A stretch of DNA of 39,637 nucleotides from a virus (Duplodnaviria; Caudoviricetes), in IMG/VR virus record IMGVR_UViG_3300002307_000108, positions 1-39,637 of that record. One strand, written 5' to 3'. The number at the start of each line of letters is the position of its first letter. Positions within the stretch are counted from its first letter, which is position 1. Made by a program: the position numbers and the translations under genes. Below the pieces are notes generated by a model. That model did no database searches. It was not told the DNA's origin and saw only the letters and a program-made list of their open reading frames with translations. Shown here piece by piece: positions 28,628 through 37,399 of the stretch.

Positions 28628-29929
28628 TCACACTCCCAGCCAGCCGCCACGCATTCCCGCGAAGCCGCCTTTAATTGCCCGCCCCAGTCGATCAGCTGTT
28701 CGACCCTCGGCAAAAAGTTGCGCTTTGGGCGCTGCTTGTTTCATCGCAATTGCCATGTAGCGAAAAGCGTCTGCACCGTCTGAGCTCCAATCATGCAATG
28801 GTTTGTCACTTCTCTGTCCATCAATCATCGAATAACGATAGTGGCGCAGCGCGTTGAGTCCTTCCGCGCACTCACTCTCATCAAACCAAACGGTAGGGAA
28901 GAATATCCTCGCGGCGTTGATTCCATCTTCGACAGAGAGTTTTGGCACAATACTTACCTGGGAAGGCCAAGACGCAGCGAGGATCTCCTGAATGGTTTTC
29001 TGACTCCCCAACCTCTTGGCCTTTGCATCATGCGGCAGCCAGTGGCGGCCATAAACATACTTTCGACTTTGCAATTCGCGAATGAAATGGGTGATGTCTT
29101 CGCCGGATTCCTCATAATACCCCAGCACTCGCACCTGCATTGCAACACGCTGGGCAAACCAAATCGCGGTTTTGTCCGCTCGACCGAGATCCCAAAATGT
29201 ATCTACCGGCACAGAAGGGTCATACGGCACCCTAGTAATCCGTCCGTCCTCCGTTGCCATTCGCATCTCTTTGGCGTAAATCGCCCCTTTGAGTTGCTGC
29301 AAGCAATGCCCTTCCCAGACATTCAAATAAAGATCATAATCCCGTTTTTTATCATTCTCGAGATCAATCTTAAGTGTCTCAGGAAACCAAGGATTATCTC
29401 GCCAATTCATCTTGACCACCGAAGTAACCTCGGGATCAGGATTCAACACAAATCGCCGGTAGGTGTAATCGGTCTCAAGTTCTGGGTTGAATGTGATAAT
29501 AATCGTGCTCCCCGGCTTGCGGATCGTCGGGATGAGCACCCCCCACGACCGTTCTGACACATTGACCGCCTCTTCTACCCAGCAAAAATCAATACCTTCA
29601 TATGACTTAATCTTGTTGATGTTATTTTTAATCCCCTCGAACGAGAACGATGTCCCATTCTGACCGTAAATACCGGCTTTTTGGATCTCATAAAACGCCC
29701 CAAGCCCCATCGCTTCGATCTGATCGGACAGCAACTTGTGCACCGAATCGGAAATGGACTTTTGCAACTCACGAGCACAGAGCACCCTGATCGGGCGGGT
29801 ACGGCCGATCAACAGCAATGCCCGGGCCACCCCCCACGAACGACCAGCTCCCCGTCCACCCCAAAGCACAACAAACCGCTTGGGCTCAAAGAGACATTTG
29901 AGGGGTTCGGGGAACTCGATCTCGGACAT
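28628..29929 (-). CDS. terL: Terminase large subunit (PBSX/Terminase_3-like)
   Basis: GGRGAGRS Walker A, CARELQKSISDSV, Walker B WVEEA, TFNPE, nuclease WDLG..D and HD..S.GADAFRY. Confidence 0.93.
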   Translation of the reverse strand: MSEIEFPEPLKCLFEPKRFVVLWGGRGAGRSWGVARALLLIGRTRPIRVLCARELQKSISDSVHKLLSDQIEAMGLGAFYEIQKAGIYGQNGTSFSFEGIKNNINKIKSYEGIDFCWVEEAVNVSERSWGVLIPTIRKPGSTIIITFNPELETDYTYRRFVLNPDPEVTSVVKMNWRDNPWFPETLKIDLENDKKRDYDLYLNVWEGHCLQQLKGAIYAKEMRMATEDGRITRVPYDPSVPVDTFWDLGRADKTAIWFAQRVAMQVRVLGYYEESGEDITHFIRELQSRKYVYGRHWLPHDAKAKRLGSQKTIQEILAASWPSQVSIVPKLSVEDGINAARIFFPTVWFDESECAEGLNALRHYRYSMIDGQRSDKPLHDWSSDGADAFRYMAIAMKQAAPKAQLFAEGRTADRLGRAIKGGFAGMRGGWLGV

Positions 29930-29930
29930 T

Positions 29931-29964
29931 ATCGTGGGCCTTATGTGATCATCACACTATGGGC
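29931..29964 (+). repeat. Dispersed 34-bp element, copy 3, covering the TerL translation-initiation region
   Basis: ATCGTGGGC ctta TGTGA tca TCACA ctatgggc. Confidence 0.85.
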
Positions 29965-30112
29965 GCGCTTTTCTCTTCTCATTTATCTTCTTCAATTCCT
30001 TCTTATCCATCTCTTTATCCTTCGCCGAACGTTCAAACTCCTTCATCGACATCTTCGGCTTGGCCGAGGGCTTGGCCGAGGGCTTGCCCTTTTTCTCATG
30101 TTCTTTCGCCAT
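29957..30112 (-). CDS. Small Lys-rich protein (51 aa, absent from the ORF track)
   Basis: GAAGGAGA RBS. Hand translation MAKEHEKKGKPSAKPSAKPKMSMKEFERSAKDKEMDKKELKKINEKRKARP*. Confidence 0.75.
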   Translation of the reverse strand: MAKEHEKKGKPSAKPSAKPKMSMKEFERSAKDKEMDKKELKKINEKRKARP

Positions 30113-30137
30113 AATTCATCTCCTTCAAAAGCGGAAA

Positions 30138-30172
30138 GCGGGGGAGGCGGGGAAGCTCTCACCTCCCCGCCC
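30138..30172 (-). terminator. GC-rich stem-loop just after the 461-aa gene
   Basis: GGCGGGGA...TCCCCGCC (30146-30171), followed on the - strand by TTT..TTTT. Confidence 0.55.
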
Positions 30173-30177
30173 GATTA

Positions 30178-31563
30178 TTATTCTTCCGCGCTTGCACTCA
30201 CAATACCACCCGCAGTGCTATTACCCGATTGCAGCAACATCATCTGTCCTGCAGTCTGGCCGCTTGCCACAGTAGTCGTGATGACTGCAGTGTTTGGCGT
30301 GCTCTGTCCCGCGCTTGCACCACAGGCCGTAAGGGCCGTCGGTGTACCGGCGAGATTGACTTTCAGCGTACCAAACGTGCAGGCAACAGTCGGCGTCGTA
30401 CGCATTGTCACAGGCAGCACAACCGTGCCGATACCCGCGGTGCTGCTTGTAGCTTCCACCTGTCCCAGCACCGTGGTGCCCGAAACAGTTTCATTCACCT
30501 GGTAGTAATACCGCTGCTGCAACGCAGCCTCAAGTGCCGCTGGGCGAAACAGATACGCCGTTGGGGGAACAAGCGAGGCCAGCTGCACCGTGCCCTGATA
30601 GTTCGTCCCATTCTGCGCATAAATCGAATTGCCCGTGCCGTAGCCCGCGCTGCTCGACCCAATCGCTGCCGTCGAAGTTGCCTGAATGCTACTCGGCACC
30701 AGCGCAATCTGCGAAAGCTCAACCCAATCGTTCGTTCCTGCAGTGCCCACCGGGGTGTAAACAAACGTTACTGCAATTTCCGTTGCCGTGCTCGGAATGG
30801 CCACGTTCGCAACAAACTTCTGCAGCGTCGTAGAGTACGCCACATTGGTCACTGCCAACGCATTAGTCTGCCCAGTCCAGGCGCTTGCGCCGCCACCGCC
30901 AGCATTGAGCCCATAAGCCAGCTTCTGCGCGCCTTCATCCGTACCAGTGCCATAGGTCACATAAACCGCGCCATAGCCATTCGCCGCAGAAAAGTTCGCC
31001 CCGGTGATTGCCGACCACTGCAGTTCAACATTCTTACCCGCCAGCTGCACGGCGCTGCTCGTCTCCACAATCTGTGAGAACGCAATCGGCACAACACCGG
31101 TCTGCGCAGCAGTGCGCTGAATCTTTGCACCACTCTGCGAACCCGTCGCCACGTTTGCCGCAGTGGAGTCCTTCGCCACCGTAAACGCTGTACTCGTTCC
31201 CGACCAAGCAAACCAGCGATCTGCGGTGTACGCATACGTCGAGGTGATGCTTGAGGAGGTCACACCGCGCTGCCAGAGATTCGTACCGAAATCACCACCA
31301 ATCAGGTAATTCGCCGGCAACTGCCGTTGCAGCGCCAACCCCGCAAGCTGGCCCGTCGAGATGGCCTCGCTCTGCGGCTGCTGCCCACTTGGCAACTGCG
31401 TGTCAAATGGGGCGAGTTCCGCCCCAGTGAGCGGCAAAGTGCCAGGGTACTGCTGACCTGCCTGTGGCAGACCGTTGGTGTAATTTCCGCTCGCAAGAGC
31501 ATCATTTGCACTGAGCGTGGCAAACAGCCCCGCAACCAGCGCGATTTTGGTCGTTTTCATCAC
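30178..31563 (-). CDS. Tail-fibre-like carbohydrate-binding-domain protein with predicted Sec signal peptide
   Basis: N-terminus MKTTKIALVAGLFATLSANDALA|S. NYLIGGDF..NLWQRG, YTADRW, EAALQQRYY and VTMRTTPTV are motifs typical of phage fibre domains. Confidence 0.75.
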   Translation of the reverse strand: MMKTTKIALVAGLFATLSANDALASGNYTNGLPQAGQQYPGTLPLTGAELAPFDTQLPSGQQPQSEAISTGQLAGLALQRQLPANYLIGGDFGTNLWQRGVTSSSITSTYAYTADRWFAWSGTSTAFTVAKDSTAANVATGSQSGAKIQRTAAQTGVVPIAFSQIVETSSAVQLAGKNVELQWSAITGANFSAANGYGAVYVTYGTGTDEGAQKLAYGLNAGGGGASAWTGQTNALAVTNVAYSTTLQKFVANVAIPSTATEIAVTFVYTPVGTAGTNDWVELSQIALVPSSIQATSTAAIGSSSAGYGTGNSIYAQNGTNYQGTVQLASLVPPTAYLFRPAALEAALQQRYYYQVNETVSGTTVLGQVEATSSTAGIGTVVLPVTMRTTPTVACTFGTLKVNLAGTPTALTACGASAGQSTPNTAVITTTVASGQTAGQMMLLQSGNSTAGGIVSASAEE

Positions 31564-31589
31564 TCTCGTCCTTTCTGCGCTGGTGCGCT

Positions 31590-31859
31590 TCAGTTCTTCA
31601 AATAACCCATAGTATCCCGCAGAGATTCGTTGCTCTCTGCAGGTCCTCTTTTCACCGAAGCGGGCTGAATTCTCGGTGCCCGTTCAGAGAAAACTTCTCT
31701 TGTCTCATAATGCCCCGTTTGCGGGTTACATTCACTCTGCCGGATGATAAATCCATTCTGGATACGTCGCACCGAAACCGAGTGCTCCTCACCAGTATAA
31801 AGCCCGGGGGTCCCGCGAGCGAGGGCCTCGGTGTCATTCAGTCGACGTTTTGCCATCAC
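31590..31859 (-). CDS. Hypothetical protein
   Basis: GGAG RBS and operon packing. Confidence 0.65.
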   Translation of the reverse strand: MMAKRRLNDTEALARGTPGLYTGEEHSVSVRRIQNGFIIRQSECNPQTGHYETREVFSERAPRIQPASVKRGPAESNESLRDTMGYLKN

Positions 31860-31884
31860 AAATCACTCCAGCCAAGGTTGACAA

Positions 31885-32253
31885 TCAATCCTCATGATGC
31901 TCACGACCGCGACGATGGCCCTCACCATGCGGATGCCCATGCTTATGCGCATTCCCCTCGTGGCGACCCTCATGCAGCCCATGCAGAGGCTCATGCCGAA
32001 TATGATGATCAGTCCCATGATGCGGACCATGATCATCATGACGGATAGGGTGCTGACGATGCAGCTCCTCTCGCGCCCGAGAGAGCGGATTACCCTCAGC
32101 TTCAGCTCGGCTGCCGCCCAACTGCGTCCCCTTCAAATCCGCCTTGCGCTGCTGACCAACATGACCCTGCCGCGGCCGATCTGAGGTCTCTCGTTTCTCA
32201 TTAATCGAGCTCTGTGCCCGATTAATCTCGCCCGAATGTTTCGGTGCCATCAC
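31885..32253 (-). CDS. His-rich low-complexity protein
   Basis: AAAGGA RBS. The C-terminal half is dense in His (HDDHGPHHGTDHH...HKHGHPHGEGH). Confidence 0.7.
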   Translation of the reverse strand: MMAPKHSGEINRAQSSINEKRETSDRPRQGHVGQQRKADLKGTQLGGSRAEAEGNPLSRAREELHRQHPIRHDDHGPHHGTDHHIRHEPLHGLHEGRHEGNAHKHGHPHGEGHRRGREHHED

Positions 32254-32271
32254 TTTTGTCCTTTCAAACAG

Positions 32272-32778
32272 TTAGGGCACAAGCCCTGAGTGAGCAGCTA
32301 AACTGCCCGATTTGCCCCAGATTGGGGTTCCTTCATGCCAATGAAAAATGACCCTTGGCCTATCTGACTCCATCGCAGCGATCAAATCGCCGAAGACCGG
32401 CCAAGTGCTTACCTCTGGCACTAAATTTCTACAAATCACCACTCCCCGCGCAGGCCCCAACGCAAGCGACACAACCGGGCAATACAGTCGTTCGAGTTCT
32501 AAATGCCCCTGAAGGGTCCAAGTGTATTTGCTTTCCAGCACCGCCCAAACACCATTGCTCCCGGGGATCAGAAAATCCACCTGACAACAACCAGGGCCAT
32601 TGAAATCCTCGTATTCAAACCAAACCCCATGCTGCGCGACCGGCCCTAACGTCCGGGCCAGCGCCCGTTCATATCTTACCCCAAAAGCTTTCTGTTCCCG
32701 CGCCCTTCCAACGGGAATCCCGGGCGGTTTTTTCGCCAATCGTTTAGCCCATTTCAGCCCAACGATCTGCCGTTTCAC
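32272..32778 (-). CDS. PD-(D/E)xK-like nuclease
   Basis: YE...QVDFLI...VLESK...YCPV pattern. Confidence 0.6.
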   Translation of the reverse strand: MKRQIVGLKWAKRLAKKPPGIPVGRAREQKAFGVRYERALARTLGPVAQHGVWFEYEDFNGPGCCQVDFLIPGSNGVWAVLESKYTWTLQGHLELERLYCPVVSLALGPARGVVICRNLVPEVSTWPVFGDLIAAMESDRPRVIFHWHEGTPIWGKSGSLAAHSGLVP

Positions 32779-33086
32779 GACAACGCAGACTCCCCACGCA
32801 AAGCCCGCCGGGCGTTAACATGCTGCTTGACCACCGAGGGCAAATCCCCCCAAGCAAGCGTGCCCTTCGTTACCAGCGCGGTGATAAGATCTTCCGCAGC
32901 CCGAGACATCATCGCATCTGTCGAGGAGATACTCGCCGCAAATGCTGTCGGAGCTTGCGCACCGACTTCCAGCCCCATCGTCGGATCGGCAACAAAAGAC
33001 TGCCCAGATGGCGCCTGTCCACCAGCCCAACCATGCACCCTCGTCACAATCTTCCCGCTTTGATCTACCAGATACCCATCGGTCAT
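32775..33086 (-). CDS. Small protein after the tailspike (possible assembly chaperone)
   Basis: GAGGA RBS and position. C-terminal RAAEDLI..L...RR.LR helix. Confidence 0.55.
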   Translation of the reverse strand: MTDGYLVDQSGKIVTRVHGWAGGQAPSGQSFVADPTMGLEVGAQAPTAFAASISSTDAMMSRAAEDLITALVTKGTLAWGDLPSVVKQHVNARRALRGESALS

Positions 33087-33096
33087 TGCATCATCC

Positions 33097-35127
33097 TCAC
33101 GAGGTCACATTATTCGCGATGACCTTATAGGCCCCCGCTGGGGTAGAATTATCACTGATCGCCGCAGTGGCTGCCCCTCCGATAATATTTCCAGCAATCA
33201 GCACCCTTCCAACAAACAACCCTGATGTGTAAATTGAACCAGAATTAAGATAAATTCCGTAATTCTGCGTTCCACTATTATGAAACCAATACGGGACAAT
33301 CGTGCATCCAGTTACCTGGAATGTCCCAATGGTTGCTGATTGCACAAAAATACCATCATAAGTATTCGACGCACCTTGCCCATTGCCAGCAATTTGACAA
33401 TTCAGAACAACCAACCCGCCACCGGACTGATAATTGATCCCATGCAGCCAATTGCCTCCAATCAGACACCCATCAAAAAGCACCCCATCAACATCACTTG
33501 GCGAGGCCGCGTTGATAAACACTCCAGGGCCTGCAGTGATTCCTCCAATCCAGGTGTCATAAAACATTACCTGCCATGCACGAACGACCGCAATGCCGTA
33601 GGAGCTCATCGCAGTGATGTTGCAATCGAAGAAAAACAATCCGCCTGGTTGAACATCCGCACCCGCGCCCCGGATGTTCACTCCAATATACCCGCCAATG
33701 CACTCAAGTCGATGAAAATACATCGCATTGGTGTTGCCATCGATGAGTACACTCGTTCCACCACTATTCGGAATAGTCACGACCTCTTGCCATGAAATAT
33801 CCCCGGGATATTGCCCTGTGGTCCCGCCGAGATAAATGCAGACTTGCGAAATTGCCTGAATGCGAATTTGGCGAAATTGCAGTCCATTTCCATTTGGAAC
33901 AATCAACCCATAGCCGAATCCGCCGATATCAATATGCTCAAATGTATTCAGTCCACAGAGCGCTCCGGTTGCAATTGCCCGACAAACTGTCACACCACTG
34001 GTACCGACAAAATTGACATTCCTCACCGCCGACGAACCCACATTAATCGTCAGCATCACATTCGTACCGCCCGCGCCGAATGTCGTCGAGGGTTCAAAAA
34101 TTGTCCCCTCCCCACTTGGATTCAGCCCCCAACCCGCACCGTTGATATCCACCTTGTTGGTGATCACAATCGCTGTGCCGACTTGGTACAAGCCATTGTT
34201 GCCCTGAATCGTCCCGCCATTAGTCAGCGCTGTCTGGGCCGCATTGAACATCGGCCCGGCATCGACGCTGAGATCCGCTTTCGCGCCCCACCACTCGGCA
34301 TAAACAGGAGTTCTCTGATTGGGCAGAGTGTAAGTCCCCGCGCCTTGAAAAATCGCAATATTCGACGCCGCGTCTACATTTCCGCTAAACGTCAGCGTTC
34401 CCGAAGTCAAACTCAACACCCCACCGAGATCAAACTCAATGTCCCGTGTCAGCGTTCCCCCAGTTGCAATCACATACGTTCCATACGGGACATAAGTTGC
34501 GGTGTTGATACTCGCGGCAAAATTATCCGCAGCAAAAATCGCACTGCGATCATTCGTCACTCCGTCGCCCTTCGCCCCAAACCATCTCACATTGATCGGG
34601 CCATTCGGAACCATTCTCAAATACGCCGCGGAGCCATTACCCCCAGTCGGAACAAAAATCGTCCCGCCATTATCGACATATGTCCCCGCGGGTTGCCCAG
34701 TGACAATGGCAAAATCACCGCCCCCACCATCCGCTGCGCTGTAATACCCCTCAAGCGTCACCACACTATACGCATTCGGCAGGGACAGCGCCCGCAGCGC
34801 GGAGACATTCAGCACCGAACCACTCACTGTTGTGAAGGGATAGAGTGATAACAGATCCTGCGTCAGTTGATCCCAAATGACATTTCCCAGAACATCCTTG
34901 ACAATTTGCCGATATTGCCCGCTGCCATATGCAATGCATCGCCCGGCACCATCTAACACCACTGGGTTGGTATTCGGAGTGGCCTGAAGAGGATCCCCCC
35001 AGGTAGTCTTTGGCGTGAGCGTCCCGGGGATATAGAATCCTACTGTGCCCGCCGCGAGTGGCTTTCCATTTGCATCGACAAAAGTCTGCTCACCATTAAT
35101 CAGCAGCGAAGCCGTCGGGGTAGTCAT
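33097..35127 (-). CDS. Tailspike: N-terminal particle-binding domain + pectate-lyase-like beta-helix (putative depolymerase)
   Basis: FVDANGKPLAAGTVGFYIPGT..PKTTW...NTNPVVLDGAGR, GYYSAADGGGG, INVRWFGAKGDGVTND and beta-helix repeats. No signal peptide. Confidence 0.88.
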   Translation of the reverse strand: MTTPTASLLINGEQTFVDANGKPLAAGTVGFYIPGTLTPKTTWGDPLQATPNTNPVVLDGAGRCIAYGSGQYRQIVKDVLGNVIWDQLTQDLLSLYPFTTVSGSVLNVSALRALSLPNAYSVVTLEGYYSAADGGGGDFAIVTGQPAGTYVDNGGTIFVPTGGNGSAAYLRMVPNGPINVRWFGAKGDGVTNDRSAIFAADNFAASINTATYVPYGTYVIATGGTLTRDIEFDLGGVLSLTSGTLTFSGNVDAASNIAIFQGAGTYTLPNQRTPVYAEWWGAKADLSVDAGPMFNAAQTALTNGGTIQGNNGLYQVGTAIVITNKVDINGAGWGLNPSGEGTIFEPSTTFGAGGTNVMLTINVGSSAVRNVNFVGTSGVTVCRAIATGALCGLNTFEHIDIGGFGYGLIVPNGNGLQFRQIRIQAISQVCIYLGGTTGQYPGDISWQEVVTIPNSGGTSVLIDGNTNAMYFHRLECIGGYIGVNIRGAGADVQPGGLFFFDCNITAMSSYGIAVVRAWQVMFYDTWIGGITAGPGVFINAASPSDVDGVLFDGCLIGGNWLHGINYQSGGGLVVLNCQIAGNGQGASNTYDGIFVQSATIGTFQVTGCTIVPYWFHNSGTQNYGIYLNSGSIYTSGLFVGRVLIAGNIIGGAATAAISDNSTPAGAYKVIANNVTS

Positions 35128-35130
35128 TTT

Positions 35131-35481
35131 TCAGTGCCCTCCGCCATTTTTGGGCGCCCAGCCAAACCATGCGCCAAGCGCAATCGCGCCGGCCACCAAC
35201 AGAGGCCCATTGCGTGACAACCACTCGACAAGCCCATTTGCCCCAGCTCGCCTTTGCGCCCCTGCCTCAAGCACCCCAAGGCGGTTTTCCAGGGCTTTCA
35301 ACACCACAGTGATCTCAGCATTCTTTCCCTTGAGATCCTGCGCTTCGATCCTAATCAGCGCCGCGTTGATGTCTTTGAGCTCCCGCTTTAACTCATCCAT
35401 ATCGTCTTGCAAACGCTTTTGCTGCCCTGCAAGCAGAGTTAACGCTCGGATTTCGTCCTGAGCCGTTGTCTCCACCGACAT
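35131..35481 (-). CDS. Coiled-coil protein with C-terminal transmembrane helix (lysis-cassette membrane protein)
   Basis: ATG 35481 overlaps the upstream TGA. Heptad repeat followed by LLVAGAIALGAWFGW. Confidence 0.65.
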   Translation of the reverse strand: MSVETTAQDEIRALTLLAGQQKRLQDDMDELKRELKDINAALIRIEAQDLKGKNAEITVVLKALENRLGVLEAGAQRRAGANGLVEWLSRNGPLLVAGAIALGAWFGWAPKNGGGH

Positions 35482-35720
35482 CACTGAGCCTTTGGGGCTC
35501 GATGCACAAAGTATGACCAAACGAGCGGCACCAGCGCCGCCGCGATGCCCCCGATGTCAACGAGTTGCTGATTGGTCAACCAACCATGTCCGAGGGCATA
35601 ACCCCCGCCAAAGGTCACGACCCAGCGAACGGCGCTCAACGCCTGCGCCTCATTCACAATCGGCCCGCCAGCGCCGAGTTGAATCGGCGGAAGAGGAGCA
35701 TTGTTGTTGTCATCAGTCAT
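35481..35720 (-). CDS. Putative holin (two hydrophobic helices)
   Basis: 79 aa from ATG 35720. AVRWVVTFGGGYALGHGW and IGGIAAALVPLVWS. Near the endolysin. Confidence 0.65.
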   Translation of the reverse strand: MTDDNNNAPLPPIQLGAGGPIVNEAQALSAVRWVVTFGGGYALGHGWLTNQQLVDIGGIAAALVPLVWSYFVHRAPKAQ

Positions 35721-35721
35721 T

Positions 35722-36150
35722 TCAAAGATCCTTTGCCACTGCGGCCACTGCGGCCTTGACATCACCCTCGGCCCGAGCCGCGAGAGCCTTGAGCCCCAAC
35801 CAGGCCTGAAATGCATAAGGTTCCAGCGCTACGACCGTGTGTAGTCCCAGCACCTGCGCCTTGTTCAACAAATCGGCTTCGATGGTCGCAAGAGAGATCG
35901 TCCCCCCGGTTAAATATGCCTCCAGTGCCATCCCGGCCTCTGCCATCACTGCACGCAGCGCGGTCTCGAGATCCTGCAGCACTATTGGTTCGATGGCTCG
36001 CCAGAAAGGCAACGCGATAGCCGCGGCCAATTCTGCCTCAAGCCCCGTGACTTCCGCGACGAGCCATTTCTCCGCAACCACTGCATCGTCACGCAGGGTT
36101 GTCCAGACTTTTTCAAGGGCCAATTCGCCCTCGGTGATCAAACTTGTCAT
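35722..36150 (-). CDS. Hypothetical Ala/Leu-rich helical protein in the lysis cassette
   Basis: AAGGAG RBS. Start overlaps the endolysin stop (ATGA). Confidence 0.7.
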   Translation of the reverse strand: MTSLITEGELALEKVWTTLRDDAVVAEKWLVAEVTGLEAELAAAIALPFWRAIEPIVLQDLETALRAVMAEAGMALEAYLTGGTISLATIEADLLNKAQVLGLHTVVALEPYAFQAWLGLKALAARAEGDVKAAVAAVAKDL

Positions 36151-36632
36151 GATGTGGGGACTCCTTGGTTGTCGTAGAGATCAAATTGGTTGCCGACGAT
36201 GAGGCCCCAGAGATTCACCGCGTAATGCGGATCGGTTGCGTAGACCGGGGCGAGAGCGAAAACGTATTTTTGCAGCGCAACTCGATCGCCTTGCCCAATC
36301 GGCAGCATCGCTGCGCTGGCGTGATAAGACCCCTCTGGGTTGGCCAACAGCCGCGCATGGGCCGAGAAGGCCTCGGACACCGAGGGGAAAATTGCAAAGG
36401 GTGCCGATTGTTGCCGCATCGCCCCGGAAACGAACTCGGAAGTCTGGGCGATTACCGCACTGGCCCCGCCATGTGCCTTGATCCCAAAGGGGTTGTTGCT
36501 CCCCGCAGGTTCATGCTCTCCCCAGCCGGACTCGATAGCCCACTGCGCGAGCGACACTGACGCGGGAACGCCCCAGCGAGCAGCGCTAGCCTTTGCACAC
36601 TCCACAATGTCTGGCGGCGGCTGGCGGCTCAT
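36147..36632 (-). CDS. Endolysin, GH73 glucosaminidase / FlgJ-like
   Basis: LAQWAIESGWG (catalytic Glu), NNPFGIKA and YATDPHY. Confidence 0.9.
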   Translation of the reverse strand: MSRQPPPDIVECAKASAARWGVPASVSLAQWAIESGWGEHEPAGSNNPFGIKAHGGASAVIAQTSEFVSGAMRQQSAPFAIFPSVSEAFSAHARLLANPEGSYHASAAMLPIGQGDRVALQKYVFALAPVYATDPHYAVNLWGLIVGNQFDLYDNQGVPTS

Positions 36633-37255
36633 ATCGGATCGTACTCATCCGCGTCAAGATGAACGATTGGCCCGACTGGTTTCGCGGTTTCGGGCCCAGC
36701 AGCAACCTGCGCGGAGACAAACTTGATGTTGATCGAGGTCGAGGGAGCGCCTCCGCCGCCGCCGCTTGAACCCTGCCCTGCGCGCTGTGGGTCGATAAGC
36801 AGCAGCTTGGTCATCTCCATGAGTTCGCGGTTGGAGAATTTCTCGGGCTCCTCGGCAAGACGATCTTGGAGTTCATCAATTGTTGAAAGGCCCAGGGAAC
36901 GCATCCGCTCCAACACGTCTACGAAAATTTCGCGGGTTTGAGATGAGTAGTACTCCAGCAGATCCTGGAACGCGGGATCGCCTTTGATCTTCCAGATATA
37001 CTGCTTGGAATACCCGGTAATGAGCGCGACCATGTTGTCCGGCTCACCCTTGGCCATCAGCCGCGCGAGGTTGTGATGCGCGTGGGTGATCTTTTTCAGT
37101 TGATGCTGCGGAACGGGAATCGTCTTGTCGCAATCCTCGATGTCCGGGATGTCATCGAGTGTGAGCGGCCGCGAGACATGGACGCTGAGAGGCCGCTTAG
37201 CCGTGTTCTGGCCCTGTGGGTTGCCGAAAGAAAATTGCGGGATGAGGTCGGTCAT
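36629..37255 (-). CDS. HTH protein, probable terminase small subunit
   Basis: ATG 37255 just after the predicted promoter. HTH-like HHNLARLMAKG...VALITGYSKQYI...DPAFQ, helical core and C-terminal INIKFV strand. Confidence 0.55.
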   Translation of the reverse strand: MTDLIPQFSFGNPQGQNTAKRPLSVHVSRPLTLDDIPDIEDCDKTIPVPQHQLKKITHAHHNLARLMAKGEPDNMVALITGYSKQYIWKIKGDPAFQDLLEYYSSQTREIFVDVLERMRSLGLSTIDELQDRLAEEPEKFSNRELMEMTKLLLIDPQRAGQGSSGGGGGAPSTSINIKFVSAQVAAGPETAKPVGPIVHLDADEYDPI

Positions 37256-37295
37256 CGTGGAGGCCTCCGGGACGGCACCGCCGCCATCTGTTGCA

Positions 37296-37324
37296 ATCAT
37301 GCGCGTGCGGGCGCGGGATGTCAA
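37296..37324 (-). promoter_or_regulatory. Sigma70-type promoter heading the late region
   Basis: On the - strand TTGACA (37324-37319), 17 nt, CATGAT (37301-37296), about 40 nt upstream of ATG 37255. Confidence 0.65.
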
Positions 37325-37399
37325 GAGAACTGTGCGCTGGGTGGGTGAAAAGACCGTGGCGTGGGCGGGGGCGTGCAAACAGCGCCTGGGTCTGCGCTC

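Noticed and set aside
31894-32184. Met-rich + strand ORF
   Set aside because: It mirrors the CAT (His) codons of the - strand gene, which has the RBS and fits the operon.
16637-34848. Long antisense ORFs (e.g. 16637..17656, 18766..19839, 27092..27886, 30229..31077, 33811..34848)
   Set aside because: They are shadows of well-supported - strand genes, with no motifs or RBS. The same applies to 3886..4683 and 1553..2239 opposite the polymerase genes.
6081-35127. Diversity-generating retroelement acting on the fibre genes
   Set aside because: No reverse transcriptase and no template/variable repeat pair noticed.
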